Part shown: positions 38,383-50,387 of the stretch, in pieces
How the letters are laid out: the number at the start of each line of letters is the position of its first letter
Position numbering within the stretch: position 1 is the stretch's first letter
Assembly (NCBI GenBank): GCA_025603075.1
Contig: MU626367.1
Coordinates: forward strand, 10,261-74,260
Source: Neoconidiobolus thromboides FSU 785
Lineage: Eukaryota; Fungi; Entomophthoromycota
DNA length: 64,000 nucleotides
Direction: 5' to 3'
Position numbers and translations under genes: made by a program
Notes under the pieces: model-generated
Database searches by the model: none
What the model saw: the letters and a program-made list of their open reading frames with translations, nothing else
Told to the model about the DNA's origin: nothing

Positions 38383-38410
<28 letters not shown>
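38381..38410. repeat. (TGATAA)5 microsatellite
   Basis: Read directly, downstream of RHO1. Confidence 0.8.
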
Positions 38411-38414
<4 letters not shown>

Positions 38415-39023
38415 TGAGTAATTAAAGGACTATATTAAACCCTCCAATTACTAAAAAATAAAGTGATAGTATCGTTTCATATAGAGTACTAGAATATTCA
38501 TAAATAGCATCAATTAATTATAATTCATAACAATTTGTACTTTAATCTTTAAAGTAAAATATATGCTCAACTTTGAAAAGTGGCACCTGATCTGAATTTG
38601 AATTTAAAGTTTAAAATTAACCAAGTTATTACTTTACTATGTAAAGGCTGAATATCCCATTAATTAAAAGTAAAGAGGAAGGAAATTTTCAAAGTGATTC
38701 ATTTTACCAAAGTGGTTTTGAAACAAGCCACAAGAGATTGTAAAGTTATGGAATTGAACTCAGTCTTCTTAATTTATAAATTTATAAATAATTCTGGAAT
38801 TGATTATGATAAAAAACAAATAATAAAGAAACCCTTTAAGTATATAAATTTATATAGCCGAGTGTTAAAACATGTTTTTTTACTATTTTAAATAAATTAT
38901 ATTGTAAATATCTTTTGAATTTAGATTTTAATATTCAATTATAGTAATTTTTCACCATACTTATTTTTTAGAATAAATTTAAAATTTCATAAGCTTTATT
39001 AGCATTTTTAAAAACAAACATAT

Positions 39024-39119
39024 GGGGATGTATTTTTGTTCAAGAATTTTACTAACAATTTTTCCGTTCAAATAGGGCTTAAAAAATGAAAAAAGTAATG
39101 AAACCAAAAAAACATCCCC
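39024..39119 (+). mobile_element. MITE copy 13
   Basis: GGGGATGT...ACATCCCC; TSD ATAT. Confidence 0.88.
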
Positions 39120-39770
39120 ATATTTTAAATTTACAAATTTTGTATAATTTAAACAATCAAATTTATATTGCGATTGATATAATTGAATTATATACTTATT
39201 TAAAAATAATTCAAAAGAAACAATACCTCAAATGTTCTATAATAATAAAATTATAAAAAAAATAAGGTAGTATAGTTTAAAAAAAATTATAAAAAAGTAT
39301 ACAAAAAACCATTAAAAATATTTTTTGATTCAAAAATAACTGTTTAGTTATAATCAAGCTATGTTAAATCATTCAAATTTAAAATTTAAGTTTTAAATTG
39401 TTTAATCAGGACTAATAATACTATATCAGTATTTAATATAAACCCAGTTTTTTTCAGCTTTTCTAGCTTAAAAAATTAAGGTTGTTAATTTTTTAATATT
39501 TTTTGTGTTATTACTTATTAAATTATCATTATTATTATTTAATAAATTAATATTATTTTATAATATACTTTTATTATTTTATTAATGAATATATTTATTT
39601 TTATTATACTTGTTTTTATTGTTTTATACGATTTAATAAACATTTTATACTTATGAACTATAATTTGTTTTAATTATATAAATTAAAAATTATTAATTAT
39701 CAACTTTATTTAACATTACAATATTGTGGATAGCAGTTATTTCTACTTAAAATGTAACATTTCATTATAT

Positions 39771-39867
39771 GGGAGTGTTTTTTTTGAGTTCATTATTTTT
39801 CTATTTTTAAGTGCTATTTAAGTGGAAAATTTGTTAGTAAAATTCTTAAATACAAAAATGCATCCCT
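39771..39867 (-). mobile_element. MITE copy 14 (right TSD split by solo LTR B)
   Basis: GGGAGTGT...GCATCCCT; left ATAT; right ATAT is restored when LTR B and one CTAT are removed. Confidence 0.85.
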
Positions 39868-39869
39868 AT

Positions 39870-40336
39870 TGTGAAATATCGCTTTGTCAGCCCCATGGTT
39901 AATTATAGTATAACAATCGCCTAAGCTGTCGTGTTCTCGATTATAGAGACAATTAGTCTCATGCTCTTATTCTGATTTGTTAAGAGAATTTCTATCTTCT
40001 TCGTCTCAAAGAATATTCTCCCGTCGTTTTGATATTTATACTTATTGGAGTATAAAAGAGATTCTAAAACATAATAGCTTGAGGCTTTTTAACTGAATTA
40101 TTCCTTGATACCTTGAACATTTAATAAAGCCACTAAGTTTGCTTAACAGTATTTTACGTAGATTTTACATTAGTATTGTCTATTCTATTTGTCTTATATA
40201 GCTTGTAACCTATTACGTGCTATTCCTCATAATCCAAGTCTATCTTAGTCACATAAACTAAGACCTTTCGACTTATAGTGTACTCAACCCAGCAATAGCT
40301 GTCCTTGACTCCAAACACTGAGTACCAGATTTCACA
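39870..40336 (+). mobile_element. Solo LTR copy B (467 bp)
   Basis: TGTGAAAT...ATTTCACA; TATAAAA and AATAAA inside; perfect 4-bp TSD CTAT (39866-39869 and 40337-40340). Confidence 0.8.
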
Positions 40337-40821
40337 CTATATAGTAAAATTTTAAACTTTGTTTATATGTATAACTTTTTGTTATAATTTTTTTTCTACC
40401 TTTTAGCTTTTTACAATTAATATAAAATAAGTAGGCTTTGAGCATTAAATTTAATAACCCTTACTAATTTAATTTTATATTTAATTGCAGTATAATATAA
40501 CAATATAACAATATAACTTAGTTTACTAAATAGTTTTTTATATTTAATATTAACAAACTTTTTATATTTTTTAAGTATTATGTTTTTTGATAAAAAAATA
40601 ATCTTAATCTGATTCAATCTTTATTTTTTCATGTTTTTATTTAAAATAACTTTATTGTTAAATTTTAAAATATATACATGTGTTTAACTTTTTTTAACCC
40701 TTAAGCATTGTTTGGGTAAAAAGAATTTCAACAAGATTCTTAAAGACAAAAAGATATGTTTATACATTAATAATGCTCCTATTTTATTTTTATTAGCTTT
40801 TCTAGTTTACTAGCATAATAT

Positions 40822-40906
40822 AGGGATGTTTTTTTATTACTTTTTCATTAGCGTTATTTGAGTGGAAAGATTGTTAGTAAAATTCTTAAATAAAAAATAC
40901 ATCCAC
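40822..40906 (-). mobile_element. MITE copy 15 (internal deletion)
   Basis: AGGGATGT...ACATCCAC; TSD ATAT. Confidence 0.8.
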
Positions 40907-41951
40907 ATATTTTGATATTTATTTTGTTTTTTTAAAAAGCTGAAGTTACATATAATTTACATATAAATTAATATTAAATATTTACAAACTAATTTAGTTA
41001 TGAACCTTGTATTTTTATGTATAGTATTAATATTTTTATAATATATTTGAAATAATTCTAAGTTTTTTGATCAAAAAATAGTAGTTATTGATTGGAGCAG
41101 ATATTAATCTTAGATCAGTATAAAAATTATTTTCATGTAAAAATATTTTGATGTTGCAATCTTATACCCCTACAACTAATTTTTCATAAAGTACCATATC
41201 GCAAGTTATTGAAAAATTAATAGTATATATAATCAAACATACTCTATTAATAAATAAATACCTTATAATTTCACATAACCAAATTTTATACTAAGTTAAT
41301 AACAAAAAAGCTATTAACCTAAGAATAAATGATAGTATTCAAAAATAACTCACTTTAAACCAGCTTAAATTGAATCTTACAGTTAATTTTTATTGTTGAA
41401 AAAGTAAGCTTAAACTGCATAAAAGAGAGGAGGAGAATGGGAATTGGCTTTAATAACCGCTTTTTAAAAAATGTCATAAATTTTTATCCTGGAAAATTAA
41501 TTTCCCTTAGTTATGATGTCATTTCTTAAAAATTAGCCAAATAAAAATTGGGTGGGGAAAGCTGATGAAAAAATATTTTTCAAAAATGTCAAAAAATAGA
41601 TTGCTATTTACCAAATTTAGGAGGTGCAAAGTAATTTGTAATTTTTCAAACAATTTGAAACTTAATAACAAATTATATTGATTTAATTAATCCTTTAATT
41701 TGTCAATAAGTGATCAATTTTTAACAATCCCATTGATTTGAAAAAATATGATCCAAACAGAGAATTTATTAATTTTAATAGAGATAAGCTTTTGTAATTT
41801 CATTGGCTCTTAAAAATCACATTCTTTTGATATCTATTTAAGGGAGAATCCAAAAAAAGAGTATATAAATCAAAATAAACATAAAACTAAAAGAATTTAA
41901 TTTAAAATAAAACAAAAATAAAAATAATTTCAAAAAAATAACGACAGCAAT

Positions 41952-42626
41952 ATGTTAACTAAATTAAAGCAATTTAAATCCCTTTATCAAAGTAAAGCAG
42001 GGATAAGTATGACATCCAGTTTACCAGCCATTAATTATCCAACATCCAATTACAAACCCGCTTATTTAAGAAATACCTTATTATTAATAGCTGGTTTAGT
42101 TGCTCCAAGCTTGTATTATAGTACTAAATCAACATCAAACTCTGGTATAAAATTAGAACCTTACAACTTACCTGTTATTTCAAAACATAAAATCCAACTT
42201 GAAGCTAATGAAGAAGTCACTTTACTCAGTAAATTACAAACTCAATTATTCCCAACCTCTACTCATTTAACCAAACAAACATTAAAAAGAGAAGATTTAA
42301 TTCAAGCTGAGTTCAGCGGTAAATTAACTAAAGTTTATTATATGGGTGCCAATGTTTGTGGTCATAAAGGAATTATTCATGGAGGTTTATTAGCTACTTT
42401 ATTACAAGAAGCTACTAGAGAATTTGCTGGTTTTACAGATCCTAAGGTTAATGTTAAATATTCTGTTAATTATAGAAGACCAGCATTCTCGGATCAACCT
42501 TTAATTGTTATGGCTCAACCTCCGGTTAATTCTGTTGATGGAGTTACTATTAAGGCTGCTATTATGGATCAAAATGGTCAAGTGTTAACAGATATTATTA
42601 CCACGTTTCCAGGCCAAAAGATTTAA
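41952..42626 (+). CDS. Mitochondrial hot-dog-fold (PaaI-like) thioesterase-family protein
   Basis: Presequence and TM segment; GANVCGHKGIIHGGLLATLLQE; YSVNYRRP. Confidence 0.75.
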   Translation: MLTKLKQFKSLYQSKAGISMTSSLPAINYPTSNYKPAYLRNTLLLIAGLVAPSLYYSTKSTSNSGIKLEPYNLPVISKHKIQLEANEEVTLLSKLQTQLFPTSTHLTKQTLKREDLIQAEFSGKLTKVYYMGANVCGHKGIIHGGLLATLLQEATREFAGFTDPKVNVKYSVNYRRPAFSDQPLIVMAQPPVNSVDGVTIKAAIMDQNGQVLTDIITTFPGQKI

Positions 42627-43034
42627 GTTGATGCGGTTGGTTTACTTTTTTTTTATCTCTCTTGTTTCTATTTTTAATGGTTTAATACTATATCTCCTCC
42701 ACTTTACTCCTCCTTCTTTTGTTTACTAACTATAATAAACTATTTCTTGTTGGAATTGAACTTATATTTATTTCGTTATCTTATTAAATTCCCTGTTATT
42801 GTATCTATTTTTATTAATAAAATTAATCTATCGGTTATCAGGTTTTACCGGTTTTTAAGTTTAAGTCAATTGATCATTGAATTGAATCATGTTATTACTA
42901 TAGATAATAAACAAAAATAGTTTATCATATCTATTATTATAACATTCAATTATATATTTACAAGTAAAAATTAATTTTTTATTATACGTTTTACTTATTT
43001 GTTTTATTAATATATAGTATAAGTCAAACTATTT

Positions 43035-43133
43035 GGGGATGTTTTTTCTGGCTTCATTACTTTTTCCATCTTTTAAGCATTATCTGAACGGAAAAATTGT
43101 TAGTAAAATTCTTAAATACAAAAATACATCCCT
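43035..43133 (-). mobile_element. MITE copy 16
   Basis: GGGGATGT...ACATCCCT; TSD ATTT. Confidence 0.85.
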
Positions 43134-43377
43134 ATTTTCTATTTTCTATTTTTATTCTACATAACCAACGATATGAATGTATTTATTGTTCATACAAAAT
43201 TAATACTTCAAATTATAACTATTAAATCAATTTACATATGATATTAATTATCTATGATACTCATATAAGGTAAATAATAATAATAAATTATATCCTTGTT
43301 TTATATGGGAAACAATTAAATAGTTCAAACTACTAATTTGAGATCAATAAAAGACACTCAACATAAAAGTATAACAT

Positions 43378-43469
43378 GGGGATGATTTTTTAGTTTCGTT
43401 ACTTTTTCCATATTTTAAGTGCTATTTGAGCAAAAAGATTGTTAATAAAATTCTTAAAAATACATTCAC
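43378..43469 (-). mobile_element. MITE copy 17
   Basis: GGGGATGA...ACATTCAC; TSD ACAT. Confidence 0.8.
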
Positions 43470-43612
43470 ACATAATAAACAAACACAATAACATCAAGAA
43501 ATCTTACCATGAAAATTAAAAGCTTAAATTGAAAAACTAAACGTTAAACATCAAAAACTAGATATTGTAGAAAATGTTGCTTTATTTCTCAAGTCTTTAT
43601 ACCTTTAACTCT

Positions 43613-44119
43613 TTAGACAGCATCATTTCTTAAACTAATATATTCAATAACGTCTTTAACAGTTTTAATTTCAACTGAATCATGTTCCGGTATTTCAATA
43701 GAAAACTCTTCTTCAACTGCCATAATAACTTCAACTGTATCTAAACTATCCAATTTTAAATCTTTGGTTAAATGGGCTTCAGCAGTGAGCTAAAAAAGAG
43801 AGAGAAAGGATTAATTATTGTCTTATGAATGAAAAAAATAAACTTGTTATAGAAGTATGATTAAAATAAAAAATTATTATCATTAATTATAAAGCTAATA
43901 GAATAGTAATTAATGGAATATAAAAAAACTTACTAAACCTTGATCAACTTTATCGAAGTCCTTCAATAAATCTAAAACTCTTTCTTGAATTATTAACTTT
44001 GGGTTACCACTTGGAGCACCATAAAAACGTAAACTTTGATTATTTACAATCATATTGGATTTCATTAAATTCTTTCCATTGAATAATTTTAAACTGGCTA
44101 AAGATCTCAAATAACGCAT
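43613..44119 (-). CDS. ACP1: Mitochondrial acyl carrier protein (2 exons)
   Basis: Exons 44119-43934 and 43789-43613; presequence; LTKDLKLDSLDTVEVIMAVEEEFSIEIPE with an intact DSL phosphopantetheine site. Confidence 0.93.
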
Positions 44120-44472
44120 CTTTTATTGTTCTATTTTAGTTGTATAGAAAGTAGTTTAATCAAAAATTATGTTGTTAGATTATCTTAGATTTCGAAGTCT
44201 GGTTTTTGAAATTTTGAGCTAAATTTAAAGTTTGTTACTTGATTGAAGTTTATTGGACAATACAGTGAAGTTGTTATTTTATTGGTTCAAATCACTCAAT
44301 AAAATTAGAATCCCATTCCAATTATCTTCTTATAATTGGGTATTATTTTTCAACTTAATTTTTCCAAACAAAATCAAATTAATTTTGTATTATAATCTTC
44401 AAGAATTCACTTTATTAGCCTGATCTTTAATGTATCTTCCATATGTAAACCCAATTTCAAATTTAAAGATAT

Positions 44473-44570
44473 AGGGGGGGGGTTTTTTGGTTCCATCACT
44501 TTTTCTATTTTTTAAGCGCTATTTAAGTGGAAAAATTATTAGTAAAATTCTTAAACAAAAACACATCCCC
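44473..44570 (-). mobile_element. MITE copy 18
   Basis: G-run left end ...ACATCCCC; TSD ATAT. Confidence 0.82.
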
Positions 44571-44704
44571 ATATCTTAATGAGTTAGTATTATGAAACAT
44601 TTAGGTCCATTATAATAAGAGCTGTTTATATATTGACTACTAATACTTAATTTGTAATTGGGTTAAAAATTAATTATTGTATTATTATTTTGAAAACAAT
44701 AAAT

Positions 44705-44802
44705 GGGGGTGTTTTTTTGGCTTCATTATTTTTTCCATCTTTTAAGTGCCATTTAAGTAGAATAATTATTAGTAAAATTCTTAAATACAAAAATACATTC
44801 TC
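44705..44802 (-). mobile_element. MITE copy 19
   Basis: GGGGGTGT...ACATTCTC; flanks AAAT/AATA (imperfect). Confidence 0.8.
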
Positions 44803-44853
44803 AATAATAAAGTAACTTGTCTTAAAACTTTTATTTCAATAAACATAATATAG

Positions 44854-45991
44854 TTAATCCAGTAATAAACTGTTTTTTAAATCCAAAGGTAACATAATAA
44901 ATTCCAAATCAGTAGTAGTGATCCCATCAATAAATTTGTAGCACATCATAATACTACATAATTGACTAACCTGAAAGAAAAATATACCATCTAAATAATG
45001 CTTAAAGGATTGACATAGTGGTATTGATAATAAAGATAAAAATAACAAGCCTGATAAATAGAATAAATAACCTATAACAATATCGCCTAAACAATAATAA
45101 CAATAATTAATAATAGTAATAATAGTAATAATAGTAAAATAAAATTAATGGCTAATATTATATTACTATTTAATAGATAGAATTTACCTAATGCCCATCG
45201 GTTTTCAATATAATAAAAAGTAAAACATAATTGAGATATCATATATAATGTAATTAATAAATTGGGTAATAATAAATGAAGAAACCATAATAAAGATGGG
45301 TTTTTGGAATCTAATCCCCCCATGTTTTTAATAGTCAATATACTAATTAAAAACATTATTAAAAATAAACTTAATGAAATGAGCTTGATGTACTAAGAAT
45401 AATAATATTAATGTTAATGTCAGTTTAAGGATATAATAATGAAGAACTTACTAAATTGATTCGATTAACTTTTAATATGAATGGAAAATTTAACAATCCA
45501 GTTAAAAATAAAAAGATTGATAAACTTAAATTCAAAGAAGTATTTAAAAGTACTAAAAACTATAATAATGTTATTAGTTTCATATAACAATACAATGTCT
45601 AATTAAACTTACTGTATAAAACCCTGAATTTGATGGTATGATATTTGTAATAGTTACTGAATCCACAGTCAACATAAATAAATAGAAATAAAAAAAAATT
45701 ATCATATTTTTAATCACTAGTAATTTGTCATTAATAAAAAAGTAATTTATTATAATATTACTAATACTTACCTTCTGTCATTGTTTTCTTTTTTAAATTA
45801 TATAAAATAATTGACAACATAATAAAAGCAATTAAATAAATAAAAAAATAACAATATTCAAATAGATAGGAATTAAACCATTGATAAGTACGAGTATAAC
45901 ATTTGGTTGATAAGCCGGTGGAATTGTTGAGTAAATTACAAATACTTAATGCACTTGAATCACATACTTCAATGTAACTACCAAATTTCAT
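44854..45991 (-). CDS. CHS7: Chs7-like chitin synthase export chaperone (5 exons, about 289 aa)
   Basis: Exons 45991-45772, 45716-45613, 45559-45452, 45392-45188, 45086-44854 sum to 870 nt in frame. MKFG..VC..L.IC..CY.R..N..LF N-terminus; RWALGD; HYLDGIFF..C..MMCYKFIDGITTTDLEF matches the Chs7 C-terminal signature (HYLDGxFF..MMVYKYWDSITxEDLEF). Confidence 0.85.
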
Positions 45992-46622
45992 CTTCTCTTT
46001 ATTATTTTTATTGTTTTATGTTTTATAGTTGTGATTATTAATTTTACTATTTGTATTTACTTTTTATATTTATATTGCTTTTTTTACTCTTTACATTTTG
46101 TAAGTTTCAAAAGACAATTTTTAGTGTAATGGAATTATTAGGCTTGCGTCAAATCATTTTTTATGCTACAAAATTGTTAAATGCTACCTTTTCTTTTTTT
46201 AGTATTTTGAAAAATTTGAACTAAATTTAATTCATTCTTTTGAAACTATTAAGAAATAATAAAATTGTATTTTTATTATTGTTTATTATTAGAAATAGTA
46301 ATTATGATAATAATAAAAATTTATGGCAGTGATGAAGAGGATAATAATGATATTAGTAATGTTAAAAGTTGAATCTCTATTATCAAACTCTTTATTTGAA
46401 TATGTTAATCAATTTTTTTAATAAAAGTTGATCTTTTAAAAATAAACGTGACTGTTTTACAATTTTCTATCATAATTCAACCAATCACCTTAATTTGACT
46501 ATTTGAAAATTTGCAGTCTACCAAATTATTATCACTTTCATAATATTTTCTTCATTCTTTTTTTAATCAATTTACTTCAACTCAACCAAAGAAAAAGAAA
46601 AGGCCGAAATTAACTCTCTCTA

Positions 46623-47887
46623 ATGTCCAAATACAAATCTCTCCATAAAAGAGACGAATTATTCTCCACCACAGGTCTTCCAAAACCATATAAAAAGAAA
46701 GAAGAAGTTATAAAATATCAACCATATTTAGATAAGTTTGCTGATAAAAGGTATCGTCAATATGAAGGTAAGAAAAGATTGGAATAAATCATATTAAGAT
46801 TTAAGATTTATTAATTAAATTTCTTTATTTTATAGAATTAATAAAAAACCTTAAAACAAAAAATAGCGAGTTAGCTAGGTAAGTATTATCTTTTATAGTC
46901 ATCAATTCATAAATAAACCTATTAATAATCTCCTACAGAAGCCATAATCACTCCAAACTCCATCGTCAAAAACTAGAAACAGAAAACACTTCATTGAAAG
47001 TACAATCTGTGGAGCTTTCTTTATCGCTTAATCAATCTAATCTCAAAATTCAAGAATTAGAAAGTAAATTAAGTTTACAGAATATAGTGATTCAAGATTT
47101 ATTATTAAAACAAAGTAATATGATTAAGATGATTAAACAACAAGGATTGGATTTATTAAATGTATCTAAGAATACTAAAAAAGTGAATTTGGAATTCTGC
47201 AAAAAATTAAACTTACCAATTACTGACTTATTGTCACCATTGGTATCCTTGGAATTGAGTAATAACAATAGCTTGAATACGGAAAATGGAATTGATAAAG
47301 AGGATGGTGTGGATAAAAGTATTGAGCTTCCGCCTTTGGAAAGCTTGAGCTTAACGGATAAGGAGCAACTTAATTTTGTATCTTTCAATGAAAACAATGA
47401 GAAGCAGATAGTTAAATTAAGTAATCAAATGAACAGTACAGAAAGAGAAAGTTTATCAGCTAGAGAAAGAAATAAAATTACAATTGAAAGTAGAAATAAT
47501 CTACAAGATGTAGAAAGAAACGATTTAAAAACTGTGAAGAGAAAAGATCTACAAAGTGAAGATATTAATAAATCACAAATACAACTTAGTGAACAATTAA
47601 AAGTAAATAAAAAGGGTTCGGGTTTATCTGTAGTTCCAATTAATAAAAAGAAAATGGAGGAGATGAGGGTAAACAAAAGAAAAGAAAAAGAAGAAAAAGA
47701 AGAAAAAGAAGAAAAAGAAGAAGAAAAGGGAGAAGAAGAAGAAAAGGGAGAAGAAGAAGAAAAAGTAGAAGTAGAAAAATGTTCACGTAATTTAAGAAAA
47801 CAAAAAAGGATCAATTATACTATTTTAAAGGGCAAAATGTTTTTTAAAGCTGGATCAAGACGTGCTAGGAAATTAATGAAAACCTAA
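46623..47887 (+). CDS. Coiled-coil protein, possibly shugoshin-like (3 exons)
   Basis: Exons 46623-46767, 46836-46878, 46939-47887 join in frame. KNSELARSHNHSKLHRQKLETENTSL resembles the Sgo N-terminal coiled coil; C-terminal basic SRNLRKQKRINY..KM resembles the SGO motif. Confidence 0.5.
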
Positions 47888-48089
47888 AATATTGATGGTT
47901 TCTTTATTGTTATGATTATTTGAATTCTAATTCCTTATCCTGCATTTGCTAATTTATTATTATTGAAACTCAAATCACTCAGTTTTTTATACTTACTCCT
48001 TTATTCATAGCTTAATTTATCAAAATAAAAGTATAAAAAAGTAAAAGTAAATTTAATTAGCTAATTTTCATATATAAATATATGTATAT

Positions 48090-49922
48090 TTAATAACTTT
48101 CTAAATTTAAAATTTTAGCAGCCGATCTCATACAATTCCAATATTTAGCATGACAACTAATTACTTCATAAACATCTTTTTTGCCCTTCTCACTTACATC
48201 TTCAAATTCAATTGTATTGGGTACATCACCTAATAATACTTTACATACTGCTAAAACTGATTTAGCAATTGCATCTGGATTATACCCTCCCTATTAAAAT
48301 AAAATTAGTTTAACTTAGTTATTAGAATAAATATTTTATTTACTTCTAGACAAACTGCTAATTTACCATTAGCCAATCCTTTCAATAAATAAGTCATCAT
48401 CGCATAACCATCAGGAGTTACTTTAAATTCTCCAATAGGATCGCCTTATTTATATTAGTTTATATAAAAATATTAGTTTTATTTTAAAAACTACCTTTAG
48501 CTGCATCAAATCCAGCAGAAACTATTAAAAAGAATAGTCATTTTAAAAGGATCATAATAATTATATAATATTAAACCTTACTAACAACCAATTCAGGATT
48601 GAATTCCATAGCCATTGGCATCACCACTTTAATAAAAGCATAAATATAATCAGCATCTCCCATTTCTTTTTCAGTAAAGGCAATATTTACATTTCTATTA
48701 TATTTTGTATTTTATTTTAATATTTAATTTAATTTTATAATAAGTTACCTTCCAATACCTTCTCCTTTACCAATATCTCCTGGATGTCCAGTCATTGGAT
48801 AAAATTCATTACCATATCTATGTAATGATATATAAAGTACATCTTTTTCATTAATAAATGCGTCTTCAATTCCGTTTCCTTTATTATTTTATTTAATTAT
48901 CTTAATTATCTTATTCTAATTATCTTATTTATACCATGATGTACATCCCTTAACTTAATTAATATTATATAATATTATTTTAAACAGTTTAATATTTATT
49001 ACCAATCCAATATTAACACTTTCTTTACTCCATATGTCCGTCTTAATTTTTCTACTCCAATAACCTTAATTATTGATTATTATGACCATATATTGTAAGT
49101 TATGAATTGACTTACAACATTATTGAAGAAACAAAATCCCCTTTTAAAAAAGCATTAAAACCTAATTTTTATATTTTAAAAAAGCAAATCCCAAATATTA
49201 CATTGCCTAGACAATAATTCATTAATACAATATATCTAATACTCTTGTAAAAACAATAAAATTACATTTTTTTTCTCTGCATGATGGCCGCTAATAAAAA
49301 TTAATTAATATCCTTTGTATAATTTATACAAATTAGAAATAAATTTTTACGGCGGTCTAACTACTGCAATCCCATTACTAATATTATTTAATGCAATTTC
49401 TTTAAGCAGTTCAAGTACTCCACCACATGATAATCGTGCACAAAAATGGGTACTTTTATTAAAATAAACAGAATCCCCATCTTGAGTCAATTCTTTTAAT
49501 CTTTTTAAGCTTAATTCTATAAATAAAAAAATAATATTAGCTTCCTCCATCTTTTTAATTTAAATTCACAGATCCTTTAACTTACTTTCTGTATCTTGCA
49601 TAAATTCTAAATGTTCTCTATCGTGGTAATACAAAATTTCAAAATCATTCACTTCTCTACATGGTATATTTTTCATTCTTTTTAATAAACCCAGTTCTTG
49701 TAATAATTTATAAATTTTATAAATTCGTACTGGATTTTCTGGATGGATTCCAGAAGCTTGATCTATTTGATCATGATTCAATAAACGTGCATCATATACT
49801 ATTCCAGTCCCATGTGTAAGCTCCGATAATAATGTTTCCTGTTCTTTTTTCTAATTGAAAATTGATGTTGAATGAAATTATTGTTTTGAATATTCGAGTT
49901 GACTTACTATGTTATCGTTCAT
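48090..49922 (-). CDS. Class II histone deacetylase (Hda1/Clr3-like catalytic domain, many short exons)
   Basis: Spliced motifs TGIVYD, HPENPVRI, AVVRPPGHHA, AMGFCFFNNV, LILDWDVHHGNG, SLHRY..FYP, SAGFDAA.GDPIG, EGGYN; stop at 48090-48092. Confidence 0.9.
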
Positions 49923-50016
49923 TTTTAAACGAATTGAAAAATTGAAAATACAATTTAACTTGACTATTATTTTTGTAATATGTTGTGTAATGCAGTTTAA
50001 TTTCTAGAATAGTAAA

Positions 50017-50021
50017 CCAAT
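50017..50021 (+). promoter_or_regulatory. CCAAT box upstream of the HDAC gene
   Basis: AACCAATCA about 95 bp before the ATG at 49922. Confidence 0.35.
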
Positions 50022-50387
50022 CAGGTTTGAATTTCTTTGTCATAAAATAAAATCAAAAATTTCAATTCTAATATTGATAAAGTTAATTAAATGTACATGG
50101 GCAAATGATTAAACTAACAAAAATTAATTAAATTTATTTTTGAAAGTTAAATATTACAAATGAATTGTTTATAAAACAAAATATGATAAATAATATGAAA
50201 GGATGGGAAATGTCATCAAAATAAGATAGAGTGGCTGAATTAACTAAGCTTTAGAAAAATACTAATTACTTAACAAAACAAAATATATTCAACATATTCT
50301 ATTAAACAAATAAAGCACAAAAGAAGCTAAAAACAAAATAATAAATATATTTAAAAGCAACAGCTAATATTTCAACCTCTTAACAAA

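Noticed and set aside
47092-47814. Antisense ORFs 47092-47397, 47425-47814, 53127-53822 and 58741-59151
   Set aside because: Antisense to low-complexity or biased coding sequence, which lacks stops on the opposite strand.
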